Below are positions 24,760 to 34,115 of a stretch of 64,000 bases of DNA, one piece after another. Source of the stretch: a virus; the IMG/VR virus record IMGVR_UViG_3300043632_000006, positions 1 to 64,000 of that record; one strand, 5' to 3'. The translations under genes were made by a program, and so were the position numbers. How positions within the stretch are numbered: the stretch's first letter is position 1; every line of letters begins with the position of its first letter. The notes under the pieces were generated by a model, which saw nothing but the letters and a program-made list of their open reading frames with translations, searched no databases and was not told where the DNA came from.

Positions 24760-25592
24760 AGGCGACTGCGCACCGCAACGACATGCGGGCATGGCCTGAG
24801 ATCGCCTGCCAGCGGGGGCACGAGACGCACGAGACGAAGCTGGCTGAGGTCATGCTGGCGGGCCAGAGCGGCTACAGGGACTACCCGCCGATCCCGGCCC
24901 GCATCGCCCGACGCTTCGAGATGATGGTCTTCAACTGGCGCTCCTACCCGGTCGGGGAGTCCTACTGCCCCGGCTGCGACGCCGTCTCGGAGACGATCGA
25001 CCTCGTAGGCATCTGGGAGCCGCGGGAGACGATCCTCGCCCTGACCGTCTTCGAGAGCGCCCCGGGCGGATCGGTGTTCCTCGACCTCGGCGCACAGGTC
25101 GGCTGGTTCTCCCTGCTGGCGGCCAGCGCCGGGCTCGACACGATCTCCGTGGACGCCGATGCGGAGCCGCTGCGGCTGCTCTCCGAGTCCGCGAAGCGTA
25201 ACGACTGGCACGGGATGGTGCATCCCTGGCAGATGCGGATCGACGCCGAGACGCCTGTCCTGCCGGTGGCCGACTACCGCCTCGCCAAGCTGGATCTGGA
25301 GGGCGCGGAGTTCGATGGCATCCGGATCCTCCGGCCGTCCATCGAGGCGGGTTTGGTGGACCACATTCTCATGGAGGTTTCGCCGGTCTTCGCTGACGGC
25401 TATCCGCATCTCGTCACGTCGGTCATGGAGGCTGGCTACAGCGCCTACCTGTTGCCGCCGAAGGCCCTGCCGCCTCACCGGCTGGACGACCCCGAGCGGG
25501 ACCTGACGCCGCTCACCGGGGACGTAGAGGCGGCCGTGGCGTCGTGGCATCAGGAAATGCTGTGGTTCAAGCGGGACGGTGCCTCGTGGTGA
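24756..25592 (+). CDS. FkbM-family methyltransferase
   Basis: 278 aa; VFLDLGAQVGWFS and AKLDLEGAEFDGI. Confidence 0.65.
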   Translation: MKATAHRNDMRAWPEIACQRGHETHETKLAEVMLAGQSGYRDYPPIPARIARRFEMMVFNWRSYPVGESYCPGCDAVSETIDLVGIWEPRETILALTVFESAPGGSVFLDLGAQVGWFSLLAASAGLDTISVDADAEPLRLLSESAKRNDWHGMVHPWQMRIDAETPVLPVADYRLAKLDLEGAEFDGIRILRPSIEAGLVDHILMEVSPVFADGYPHLVTSVMEAGYSAYLLPPKALPPHRLDDPERDLTPLTGDVEAAVASWHQEMLWFKRDGASW

Positions 25593-26296
25593 CCTTCGCC
25601 CCCGGCCTGATCTGCGACCTGTGGAAACTCTGGCTACCCGACTTCCGGGTGGCCTTTCACCAGGAGCGCCCGGACTGGGAGCGGGGGCGGCTGGAGTCTG
25701 CCCACGAGCGCCTCAAGCCCGGCATGCGGGTCTGGGACATAGGAGCCGAGCACGGCGATTTCAGTGCGCTCTACCGTTCCTGGGGGGCCGATGTGGTTCT
25801 CGTGGAGCCGTCCCCGCCGTACTGGCCGTGCGCTCGTAGAACCTTCGAGGCCAACGGCTTCGACCCGCCCTCGGCATGGTTCAACGGGTTTGCTGCGGAT
25901 ACGACCCGCTGGCGCTCCGGTGACTTCGGGACGGACGGCTGGCCGTGGTGCTCCGAGGGCCTGGTTGTGGCCGACTACGGCTTCCGCCATCTGGCGCAGG
26001 ATCTGGAGACACCCCGCATCACACTTGACGCCCTGGCTGACCTGACCGCACCTCCCGATGCCCTCATGATCGACGTGGAAGGCGCTGAGCATGCCGTCCT
26101 CTCCGGGGCTCGCCGCGTCCTGGCCTCTGGCGACGTCCTGGTGTGGGTGTCGGTCCATGAGCCCACGATGCTGGACTGGTATGGGCGCACGCTGAACAAC
26201 CTCCATGCCCTCATGGCGAGCATCGGCTACACCGGGGAGCTCCTGCCAGGACACGGAGAAGCGGAGACGTTCTGGCTCTATGAGCGTGCGGCATGA
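25586..26296 (+). CDS. FkbM-family methyltransferase (second copy)
   Basis: about 236 aa from GTG 25586/25589; VWDIGAEHGDFS and LMIDVEGAEHAVL. Confidence 0.65.
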   Translation: MVTFAPGLICDLWKLWLPDFRVAFHQERPDWERGRLESAHERLKPGMRVWDIGAEHGDFSALYRSWGADVVLVEPSPPYWPCARRTFEANGFDPPSAWFNGFAADTTRWRSGDFGTDGWPWCSEGLVVADYGFRHLAQDLETPRITLDALADLTAPPDALMIDVEGAEHAVLSGARRVLASGDVLVWVSVHEPTMLDWYGRTLNNLHALMASIGYTGELLPGHGEAETFWLYERAA

Positions 26297-26526
26297 CCAC
26301 GGCCTACGGGGTGCCGGACCATCTTGCACGTACCAGCGGAAGTCGGTACCGACTCGTCGCTGTGCACAATCCGGCGCGTGGCCCACACCGTAGATCCGAC
26401 ACCCCGGCGGGGGGAAGACCGTCATCAACCCGTAGCCCCGCTTTTCGGAGCGCCCCTCGCCTTGCCATCGGCATACTCACGCCCCGCGTGGACAGTTTAC
26501 GTCCAGGCCAGGAGCAGACGCCATGA
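26293..26526 (+). CDS. Questionable 77-aa Arg-rich ORF
   Basis: ATGA overlaps at both ends argue for translation; composition is weak. Confidence 0.25.
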   Translation: MTTAYGVPDHLARTSGSRYRLVAVHNPARGPHRRSDTPAGGRPSSTRSPAFRSAPRLAIGILTPRVDSLRPGQEQTP

Positions 26527-28244
26527 ACGTTCCCGTCCTGTGGATTTCCCGCCACGCCGACATCCTCTCGCGCGGGTACGCCGACCAAGGATTTTGCGAG
26601 GCGATGCTCGCTGGCGAAGTGTGGGGCCCGCCTGGGGCCTTCATCTTCGAGCACTACGTAGACGTGGGGCGACCGGGAAGCATAGACGCCGATGCCTTCC
26701 CGAATGTGGCTGGGGCAGTCGTCGTCCTGCCAGCCCGCCACCACGCCTCCGAGGCGGACGTCTCGTGGTTCCTGACCCAACTTGACCGGCTCTCGTGGTC
26801 CGTCGTGATCTTGGCCGGGGACGAGGAATGGAGCTTCCCCTGGGCCCGCGTGGAGCGCACTCCGACACGGCGCGTGTGGGTCATGCAGCCGCGCCCGGAG
26901 CACTCCGGGATGGACGGGCTACTCCCCGGAGGCTGGTACCCGGGAACGCGCGAGGGCATCGCCCCACACGGCGTCATGGGGGGCAGGCCGCTCGACTGGT
27001 TCTTCGGGGGCCAGGTCACGCACTCACGCCGGCAGGAGGCCGCTCACGTCCTGCGCCGGCTCATGCCCGACTTTCCGTGCCGCCTGGTCGAGACGGCTGG
27101 CTACCTCCAGGGCGTTCCGATGCCCGAGTACATGGCCTTCCTCTCGTCGGCCAAGGTCGTCCCCTGCCCGTCCGGTCCCTGCACCGTGGACACCGCACGC
27201 CCCTTGGAGGCGCTGGAGGCGGCCTGTGTTCCCGTGGTGGACATGGTGACGCCGCGCGGCGAGGACTATGACTACTGGGCGCTGTGCTTCGGGGAGGACT
27301 GCCCGCTGCCCCGCATCCGCAACTGGGAGGACTTCCCGGCGATCCTGCGGCGGGAACTGGCTGACTGGCCCGCCAACGCGAACCGCCTGAGCGCGTGGTG
27401 GCAGGGCTGGAAGCGCTCCATCGTCCACCGGCTCCACGACGATATCCGGGCCGTGAGCGGGACGACTCTCGAGCCGGTGGGACCCGACGACCTCCTGACG
27501 GTCATCGTCACGACTTCCCCGGTGCCCGGTCATCCCTCGACGGCGGATCTGGAGACGACGATCGCTGGCATCCGGGAGCAGCTGCCCCGCGCCGAGATCA
27601 TCCTTGCCGCCGACGGCGTCCGGCCCGAGCAGGAGGACTCCCGAGCCGCCTATGACGAGTACCTGCGCCGTGTCTGCTGGCTGGCCAACTTCGAGTGGCG
27701 CAACGTCGTCCCCTTCCTCGCCTCCGAGTGGCTCGCCCAGGCCGAGCTCACCCGGCAGGCGCTGGCGCTGGTCCGCACTCCCCTGGTTCTCTTCGTGGAG
27801 CACGACAGACCTCCGATGGGAGTCATCGACTGGCCGGGGATCTGCCAGCTTGTGCGCTCGGGCCAGGTCAACGCGCTCCGCCTGCACGCGGAAAGTGAGA
27901 TCCATCACGACCACATGCACCTTATGGTCGATGCCAACGCGCTGCAGGTCGATGGCGTGCCGTACCGCCGCACGATGGCCTGGTGGCAACATCCCCACGT
28001 CATCCGCACCGTCGTCTACCGGATTTTCCTGGAGGATTACTTCGATCCCCGAGAGCGGACGATGATCGAGGACCGGCTCTACCAGGCCGCTGAAAACGAC
28101 TGGTTCGACAACGGCCCGCCTGCTTGGAGCCGTTGGAGACTGGCAATCTACTCGCCGCCGGGGAACATGAAGCGGTCCACGCACCTCGATAGCCGAGGCG
28201 CTGAGCCGAAGTGGCCGAACGTGTCCGCGGAGGTGTCGGCGTGA
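26523..28244 (+). CDS. Large two-domain putative glycosyltransferase
   Basis: 573 aa; C-terminal half begins LLTVIVTTSPVPGHPST (GT-A-like), with LFVEHDRP acidic motif; N-terminal half unassigned. Confidence 0.45.
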   Translation: MNVPVLWISRHADILSRGYADQGFCEAMLAGEVWGPPGAFIFEHYVDVGRPGSIDADAFPNVAGAVVVLPARHHASEADVSWFLTQLDRLSWSVVILAGDEEWSFPWARVERTPTRRVWVMQPRPEHSGMDGLLPGGWYPGTREGIAPHGVMGGRPLDWFFGGQVTHSRRQEAAHVLRRLMPDFPCRLVETAGYLQGVPMPEYMAFLSSAKVVPCPSGPCTVDTARPLEALEAACVPVVDMVTPRGEDYDYWALCFGEDCPLPRIRNWEDFPAILRRELADWPANANRLSAWWQGWKRSIVHRLHDDIRAVSGTTLEPVGPDDLLTVIVTTSPVPGHPSTADLETTIAGIREQLPRAEIILAADGVRPEQEDSRAAYDEYLRRVCWLANFEWRNVVPFLASEWLAQAELTRQALALVRTPLVLFVEHDRPPMGVIDWPGICQLVRSGQVNALRLHAESEIHHDHMHLMVDANALQVDGVPYRRTMAWWQHPHVIRTVVYRIFLEDYFDPRERTMIEDRLYQAAENDWFDNGPPAWSRWRLAIYSPPGNMKRSTHLDSRGAEPKWPNVSAEVSA

Positions 28245-28546
28245 GGACCTACGAGCAACTAGGAGAACGATCCGGCGTCCTCCCCTGCATTGATGGCACT
28301 TGGATGGCGGTGTGTCCCCATTGCCGACAGATCGTGATCTGGCTGGAACAGTCTCAGGCAAGGGTGCGGGATGTGCTGGCCGTTCACGTTTGCAACCCAC
28401 CTCCTGACTGGCACGACGCTCTGACATCCTGCACCCAGGCGATGGGCTGGCTGTCTGTGATGTGTCGCCATCTACGCCCTGAGGACCGTGGCGCTCTTGC
28501 CGACGAACTTGAGCAACGCTTGCAGGAACTCCGGGGCCCAAGATGA
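28241..28546 (+). CDS. Hypothetical protein (101 aa)
   Basis: GTGA overlap; CPHCRQ. Confidence 0.5.
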   Translation: MRTYEQLGERSGVLPCIDGTWMAVCPHCRQIVIWLEQSQARVRDVLAVHVCNPPPDWHDALTSCTQAMGWLSVMCRHLRPEDRGALADELEQRLQELRGPR

Positions 28547-29625
28547 CCGTCCGTACCGCGCTTCTCGTGCGCTCCGACAACCGGGGATTGGGCCGGCAGA
28601 CCTTCGACTACTGGAAGCATCTCCAGCCAGCCAAGACGCTCCACATCCGCATGGCATCCTCCGTTGGCTCGTGGACGCCCTACCAGGAGCATCCCGAGTG
28701 GTACCCCGGCGTCCGTAGCGCCGACTTCAACGGGCACTCAGGGACAGTCGATGAGGATGCCTACCGCTGGCTCCTGACCGACACGGATGTCCTGCTGACC
28801 GCCGAGACCGCCTACGACCACCGGGCATGGGGCTGGGCGCGCGAGATGGGCGTCCGGACGGTACTGGTTGGCAACCCGGAGTTCCTGGGCCCCGACAAGG
28901 TCGGCACGGGGGGCCCCGACCAGATCGTGCTGCCGTCCCCTTGGCGGGTCGGAACGATCCCCGGTGCCGCCCACCTTCCACAGCCCGTGGACCGGGACGT
29001 GTTCGCCTTCTCGCCTCGGCCGCTCAACGACCCGCCACGCTTCCTCCATGTGGTGGGGAACCGGGCCACCCGGGACCGCGCCGGCACGGACATCGTGCTT
29101 GACTGCCTGCGCTTCCTGCGGCACCGGGTGAACCTCACCATCCGCTGCCAGGGCCCGCTCTCCGCTCCCCAGGAACTGCTGCTGCGGGGCCTGCGGCGCC
29201 ACCAGATCCCGAACGTCATGCGGGCCGATATCGAGGACCCCCGGGAGTTGTACGAGGGCTTCGATGTCCTCTTGGCTCCCCGGCGCTACGGGGGCCTCTC
29301 GTTGCCGCTCAATGAGGCTGCTTCCTGCGGCTTGGCGATCCTCGCTGGCGACCGGGAACCGGAATCGTCCATCCTTCCGCCCGAGGCGCTGATGCCTGTG
29401 GTGAACGGCCGGGAGACGAGCTTCCAGGGCGGGATGTTCCGGCTGGAGGATGTCCGACCGCAGGACTTGGCGGCGGGCATCGACTGGCTCGTGGAGGATC
29501 CCGGCGCGGTCGCACGACTCTCCGAGGCATCAAATCGATACGCAGAGAGCATCGCCTGGCCGGTGCTTCTCCCCCGGTGGCTTGACCTTCTCGAGCGCGT
29601 GGCGAGCTTGGCGGTGGTGCCATGA
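28543..29625 (+). CDS. GT-B (GT4-like) glycosyltransferase
   Basis: 360 aa; ..FDVLLAPRRYGGLSLPLNEAASCGLAILAGDRE.. resembles the GT4 EX7E region. Confidence 0.6.
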   Translation: MTVRTALLVRSDNRGLGRQTFDYWKHLQPAKTLHIRMASSVGSWTPYQEHPEWYPGVRSADFNGHSGTVDEDAYRWLLTDTDVLLTAETAYDHRAWGWAREMGVRTVLVGNPEFLGPDKVGTGGPDQIVLPSPWRVGTIPGAAHLPQPVDRDVFAFSPRPLNDPPRFLHVVGNRATRDRAGTDIVLDCLRFLRHRVNLTIRCQGPLSAPQELLLRGLRRHQIPNVMRADIEDPRELYEGFDVLLAPRRYGGLSLPLNEAASCGLAILAGDREPESSILPPEALMPVVNGRETSFQGGMFRLEDVRPQDLAAGIDWLVEDPGAVARLSEASNRYAESIAWPVLLPRWLDLLERVASLAVVP

Positions 29626-30629
29626 TTGATGCCTACGCGGGCCGGAGTCACTATTTGGCTCACCTCCTGCCTGTGTGGCGTGCCCTACCGCCTGAGCGTC
29701 GCGGGACGCTGTACGTCGGTGGTCGGCTTGTGGGCAACCCGCAGGCCACCGCGGCCGGGGCGGTGCCGAAGAACATGACGCTGCTCTCCCGCGGGCCCCG
29801 CGTCCTCGTGGCCTCGCAGCTGGACTACCAGACGGTCACGACGCACCGCCGAGTGGTCTATATGAACCACGGCAGCGGTCAATCCTACAGCGGCGACAGC
29901 GATCCGGCTGTCTCGCAGGCATCCTCGTATGCGGGGGGCGACAACCAGGACCGCACGGACCTGTTCCTCGTTCCCGGCCCGCATCCCGCGCAACGCTGCA
30001 AGGCCCGATATCCCCACATCCCTGTGGCGGAGATCGGCTGCCCCGCCCTCGACCGCTGGCTCATGGACTCGCCCTATGACGGTGGCGCCGATCCTCCCGT
30101 CGTGGCTCTCGCCTGGCACTGGGAGAACCAACTCTGCCCGGAGACCCGCTCGGCGCTCCCCCACTTCCGATCGGCGCTGCCGGACCTAACAAGCCGCTAC
30201 CTCGTCATCGGCCACGGCCATCCCCGGGCGCGCGATCTCGCCCAGAGCGTCTACGAGCCGCTCGGGATCCCCTGGGTGGACTACGACACCGTCATGACGA
30301 TGGCTTCGGTCTTGGTGGTGGACAACTCCAGCATCGGCTTCGAGTTCGCCGCCACGGAACGGCCGGTGGTCTGGATGACCCCACCCTGGTACCGGCGAGA
30401 CGCAATGCACGGGTTGCGCTTCTGGGATGAGGCTCAGGTACAGGTTGAGAGTTCCGACGACCTGCTGGGGGCCGTGGCCGACGCTCTCGACCATCCGCCC
30501 ACGGCCGATCTCTCCGGCGTCTACACGCACCTCGACGGCCACTCCGCCGAGCATGCCGTAGCGGCCATCCTCGCCCTTGACGAAACGGAGGCTGGAGCCA
30601 TGAGACCTCTTGCGGGGGTGACGCCTTGA
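29622..30629 (+). CDS. TagB/TagF-like (glycerophosphotransferase-type) or GT-B-like transferase
   Basis: 335 aa; ..MASVLVVDNSSIGFEFAATERPVVWMTPPWYRRD.. resembles the C-terminal pattern of CDP-glycerol glycerophosphotransferases; tentative. Confidence 0.35.
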   Translation: MIDAYAGRSHYLAHLLPVWRALPPERRGTLYVGGRLVGNPQATAAGAVPKNMTLLSRGPRVLVASQLDYQTVTTHRRVVYMNHGSGQSYSGDSDPAVSQASSYAGGDNQDRTDLFLVPGPHPAQRCKARYPHIPVAEIGCPALDRWLMDSPYDGGADPPVVALAWHWENQLCPETRSALPHFRSALPDLTSRYLVIGHGHPRARDLAQSVYEPLGIPWVDYDTVMTMASVLVVDNSSIGFEFAATERPVVWMTPPWYRRDAMHGLRFWDEAQVQVESSDDLLGAVADALDHPPTADLSGVYTHLDGHSAEHAVAAILALDETEAGAMRPLAGVTP

Positions 30630-31486
30630 CCGTCCACGGGCCCCGGGTCCCCATCGAACCTCCGGAGATCCTGCCCCCCACCCAGAGCCTCGTGGCAGCT
30701 GCATTCAGCCCGTCCGCGCAGGAGATGGCCGAGATGGGCAACCACTGGGGGCTGGGCATGGAGTTCCGGTCCATCCTCTGTACGGGCAACCCGACCGCCT
30801 ATGACATCTGCGCCCCGGCCAGCAAGCCCGAGGGGACGCGCTCCGTGCTCCAGGATGTGGACCCCTTCGCCGTGGTCATCACGGACACCTGCTCCACCTT
30901 CGGGTTCAAGTACAACGACTATGTGGGGCGCGTGCTCCGCAAGCACAAGGCGCAGGAGTCATACGTCATCGCCCACGAGTTCTGGGCAGGCGCCGTCGCC
31001 CCCGCCTCGTTCCATCTTGCCGCGGGCGGAGCGGTCACCGACATCAACCCCGGGCAGACGGTTATCGCTCCTGAGGCGCTGGCGCTGCTCGACCAGGAGC
31101 TCGGGGAATGTCTGCACGGCGCCCGTGGAATGATCTTCTGCACGGCCCGGTGCTTCCTCAACCTCTTCCTGAGCGTCGGGCTCTACCGACCCCCCGGCTC
31201 CCGCCAGACCTTCACCCACATGGACAACCTCATCGTTCCCGACGCCGGCTTCCCGGGGACGGATCCGAATGGCGGGGTGGAGTCATCGACCATCGAATGG
31301 ATGTACGCCACCGCCCCGGCCAAGGTCTACCGCAGCCAGCCCAAGGTCTTTCCGAACGACGGGGACCCGATGTGGCAGGCCGTGGCCCGGGATCGAAATG
31401 ACGTGACGTTCCGTGCTGAATCACTTGCTGCTGTCGTAGTGGATCCGTGCTGCCTGCTGGGAATTCAGGTGTCTCTGCCCGCTTAA
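30626..31486 (+). CDS. Second, HK97-family-like capsid protein (no delta domain)
   Basis: 286 aa, TTGA overlap. ..ESYVIAHEFWAGAV.., ..ALALLDQELGECLHGARGMIFCTARCF.., ..NLIVPDAGFPG.., ..NDVTFRAESLAAVVVDPC.. follow the spacing of HK97-type major capsid proteins. Confidence 0.45.
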   Translation: MTVHGPRVPIEPPEILPPTQSLVAAAFSPSAQEMAEMGNHWGLGMEFRSILCTGNPTAYDICAPASKPEGTRSVLQDVDPFAVVITDTCSTFGFKYNDYVGRVLRKHKAQESYVIAHEFWAGAVAPASFHLAAGGAVTDINPGQTVIAPEALALLDQELGECLHGARGMIFCTARCFLNLFLSVGLYRPPGSRQTFTHMDNLIVPDAGFPGTDPNGGVESSTIEWMYATAPAKVYRSQPKVFPNDGDPMWQAVARDRNDVTFRAESLAAVVVDPCCLLGIQVSLPA

Positions 31487-31513
31487 CCGAACGAGAAAGG
31501 AAGGGAGAAGAAC

Positions 31514-32167
31514 ATGGCGAACCTAACGTGCCAAACGGCCTCGTTCGGTGCCTGTGGCATCCGCGTGTGTGCGCTTGGCCCAACTGGTATCCCGACTCCG
31601 GGACCGAACAACCTGTACATCACGGGCGCTCCGATCGAGGTCAAGGCGACGTGGCAGGTCAAGGCAGGAAACCGCTTCGAGCAGCGCAACGCCTGCGGCG
31701 GGGTCTGCACGGTCGTCCAGCAGCAGGACGACATCCAGGGCCTCACGCTCACACTGCAACTCTGCCAGCTCGACGCTGAGTTGATGTGGATTCTCTCCAC
31801 CGGCACTCTGATCCAAGTCGGCGGGAATTCGCTCGGCCACATGGTGCCGCCACTCGGCCAGCAGCAGGCGAATGGCGTGAGCATGGATGTGTGGACCCAG
31901 AATCAGAAAGGTGGCTCTCAGGACCCGAACTATCCCTACATCCATTGGGTGTATCCAAGGGTGACGTGGAGGGCCGGCGACGACACGTTTAACGAGGGAA
32001 TTCTCAACGTCCCTTACACCGGAGTCTGCTACGAGAACCCGAACTTCGAAGACGGCCCCTTCGAGGAATGGAACGTTCCTGGGGGGATTACGTCAATCAG
32101 GGCTTGGCAACTTGAGACCTCCCTCCCGGCGCCGCTGTGCGGATTGCAAACACTTCCCCACTCCTGA
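31514..32167 (+). CDS. Virion structural-like protein, possible major tail (tube) protein
   Basis: 217 aa, strong RBS aaggaagggaga; no other tube candidate between tail terminator and chaperones; assignment by exclusion and vague pattern memory. Confidence 0.3.
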   Translation: MANLTCQTASFGACGIRVCALGPTGIPTPGPNNLYITGAPIEVKATWQVKAGNRFEQRNACGGVCTVVQQQDDIQGLTLTLQLCQLDAELMWILSTGTLIQVGGNSLGHMVPPLGQQQANGVSMDVWTQNQKGGSQDPNYPYIHWVYPRVTWRAGDDTFNEGILNVPYTGVCYENPNFEDGPFEEWNVPGGITSIRAWQLETSLPAPLCGLQTLPHS

Positions 32168-32208
32168 TCCCTTGACCAACTGACAGGTCGGAACCGAAAG
32201 GTCACCAC

Positions 32209-32526
32209 ATGGCAGATATCGCACTAGGGCAGAGATACAAGCTGCTCCGCAGGATCGGCAACGACGTCAACGAGGACGGCTCCACGGGCGATCCGCTGCA
32301 TCCCGGCTGGGTGGGAACCGTTATCGGCTTCTCGCCGGCCGACGAACTGGGGGCCTCGCACCATGACGGGGACTGCTGGGTGCTGGCCTTCCCGGTTCCG
32401 GCCATCGCCTACGGGGAGGACGGCCAGCCGTTCATGGGGCAGGTCTCCCGCAACTACCCCGTCACGGCGGCGGAACTCAACGATCCGACCCACTACGAGC
32501 CCGTGGCTGAGGAGGTGACGACGTAA
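32209..32526 (+). CDS. Hypothetical protein (105 aa)
   Basis: ATG with RBS gaaagg. Confidence 0.55.
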   Translation: MADIALGQRYKLLRRIGNDVNEDGSTGDPLHPGWVGTVIGFSPADELGASHHDGDCWVLAFPVPAIAYGEDGQPFMGQVSRNYPVTAAELNDPTHYEPVAEEVTT

Positions 32527-32939
32527 TGGCAGGCGAATTCAGCAGGCTCGGCAAGTCCAGAGGTCTCGACGCCGCCGACGGGCGGGTGAGCGTCTCCACC
32601 TACACGCCGTTCATCGCTCTCAACTCCACGGCTCCGACCGACAGCACCCTCGGAGGCGAGTACACGGCAACCGGTTACGCACGGCAGTCCGTGGCCTTCT
32701 CGGCACCCACCGCGGCCGACCCGCCCGTCACATCGAACTCTGGCGGGTTGACCTTCGGCCCGTTCACCGCGAACACGGGGGCCACGCTCAGCTACGCCTC
32801 GCTCATGGACGGCGTCTCGGGTGGCACCGCGACGGCCAATATGTATGCCTGGTGGACCTTGACAACGCCCAAGACGCCCGCGAACGGGGACTCGGCAACC
32901 GTTGCCGTGGGAGCGATCACCTTGAGCTATACGGTCTGA
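32526..32939 (+). CDS. Hypothetical, possibly virion-associated protein (137 aa)
   Basis: Thr/Ser/Ala-rich, beta-rich looking; TAATG overlap. Confidence 0.5.
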   Translation: MAGEFSRLGKSRGLDAADGRVSVSTYTPFIALNSTAPTDSTLGGEYTATGYARQSVAFSAPTAADPPVTSNSGGLTFGPFTANTGATLSYASLMDGVSGGTATANMYAWWTLTTPKTPANGDSATVAVGAITLSYTV

Positions 32940-33172
32940 TGGCTACGTACTCCGTGGCTGTCGCCGGTGAGGTGGAGAACGCCCAGGTCAAGCTGGATAT
33001 GTTCGCCCATACCTTGGAGGACGGCGAGGCTCTCGTGACGCCCATCCCTCGGGGCTTCCCGATGCAGGCCGTGCCCGAGGTGGCGGCACGGGTCGCCTTC
33101 ATGCTGCGCCAGTACGTTGACCTCTACGCGCCTAAGGAACCCGAGCCCGAGAAGGAACCTGCCCAAACGTGA
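32939..33172 (+). CDS. Hypothetical protein (77 aa)
   Basis: TGATG overlap; in frame of track ORF 32852-33172. Confidence 0.5.
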   Translation: MATYSVAVAGEVENAQVKLDMFAHTLEDGEALVTPIPRGFPMQAVPEVAARVAFMLRQYVDLYAPKEPEPEKEPAQT

Positions 33173-33789
33173 GCGAGGCCGACGTGGTTGACAAGCGGGC
33201 ATCCGTGCTGGCGTGGTTCCGGCAGGGGGCCGAGGGCACTCAGAAGATCGCGGAGGACATCGCCCGTTACCGCACCATCGTGGCGAGCGTCCAGCCTGCC
33301 GTTGTGGTTGAGAGCGGCACCGGGTCGGGGCACTTCGCCCTCTTCCTGTCGCTTCTCGGCTGCGGGGTCGTCACGGTGGACATCGACCCTTGGCCGAGCT
33401 ACGACACGGTCATGGGGTGGCGGGACAATGTCATCCAGGTCGTAGGGAACAGCATTGACCCCGGGATCGTGGAGGCGGTCAGAGAGGCCGTAGGGGATGC
33501 AAGCCCTGTCGTGGTGTCGCTGGACTCGGACCACTCCGCTTCGCACGTCAGGGCCGAGATGGAGGCCTATAGCGGTCTCGTGACACCGGGCTCCTACATG
33601 GTGGTGGAGGACTCGGTCCTCGACTGGATGCCACCGAACGCGCCGGCCCGGGCACGCTACCGCGGGACGCCGATGGAGGCCGTCGAGGACTTCCTGACCG
33701 CTCATCGTGACTGGCAAGTTGACCGGGATCTGGAGGGCATGTTCGCAGCGACACAGAATCCGGGTGGCTGGCTTCGGAGATGGGCATGA
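33169..33789 (+). CDS. CmcI-family (rhamnosyl/cephalosporin-hydroxylase-like) O-methyltransferase
   Basis: 206 aa; VVVESGTGSGHFALFL, VVSLDSDHSASHVRAEMEAY, GSYMVVEDS. Confidence 0.6.
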   Translation: MSEADVVDKRASVLAWFRQGAEGTQKIAEDIARYRTIVASVQPAVVVESGTGSGHFALFLSLLGCGVVTVDIDPWPSYDTVMGWRDNVIQVVGNSIDPGIVEAVREAVGDASPVVVSLDSDHSASHVRAEMEAYSGLVTPGSYMVVEDSVLDWMPPNAPARARYRGTPMEAVEDFLTAHRDWQVDRDLEGMFAATQNPGGWLRRWA

Positions 33790-34115
33790 GCGAGCCCGTC
33801 CCCATCGTGAGGACAGATCTCCCTCTCTGCGGGGCGGAGACCTTCTATGGCGACGCTCACCTTCCGATCTCCTGCGGGTTCAAGGCCGGTCATGCCGGGC
33901 CTCACGCGTGGGAGAGTCTTCCGTCTCTCACTGGCCCCCGGCCTGAGCCTCATGGCAACGACCTAGCCACTTTGTTGGAGTTCGTCAAAGGGCTCGGCGA
34001 CCCGTGGGATACCGGCGAGGGAGTGAACGTTTGCCGGTACTGCCAGAGCGCGTGGCGACACGCTGACGACTGCGCATGGGTTGCACTGGCAAACTACGCC
34101 GGGTTGGAAACGTGA
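33786..34115 (+). CDS. Hypothetical Cys-containing protein (109 aa)
   Basis: ATGA overlap. Confidence 0.5.
   Translation: MSEPVPIVRTDLPLCGAETFYGDAHLPISCGFKAGHAGPHAWESLPSLTGPRPEPHGNDLATLLEFVKGLGDPWDTGEGVNVCRYCQSAWRHADDCAWVALANYAGLET

Noticed and set aside
24624-25550. 308-aa minus-strand ORF antisense to the FkbM methyltransferase gene
   Set aside because: Off-frame GC artefact. The sense strand has methyltransferase motifs and ATGA/GTGA coupling.
27024-28580. 518-aa minus-strand ORF antisense to the large glycosyltransferase gene
   Set aside because: Arg-rich antisense artefact with no supporting signals.
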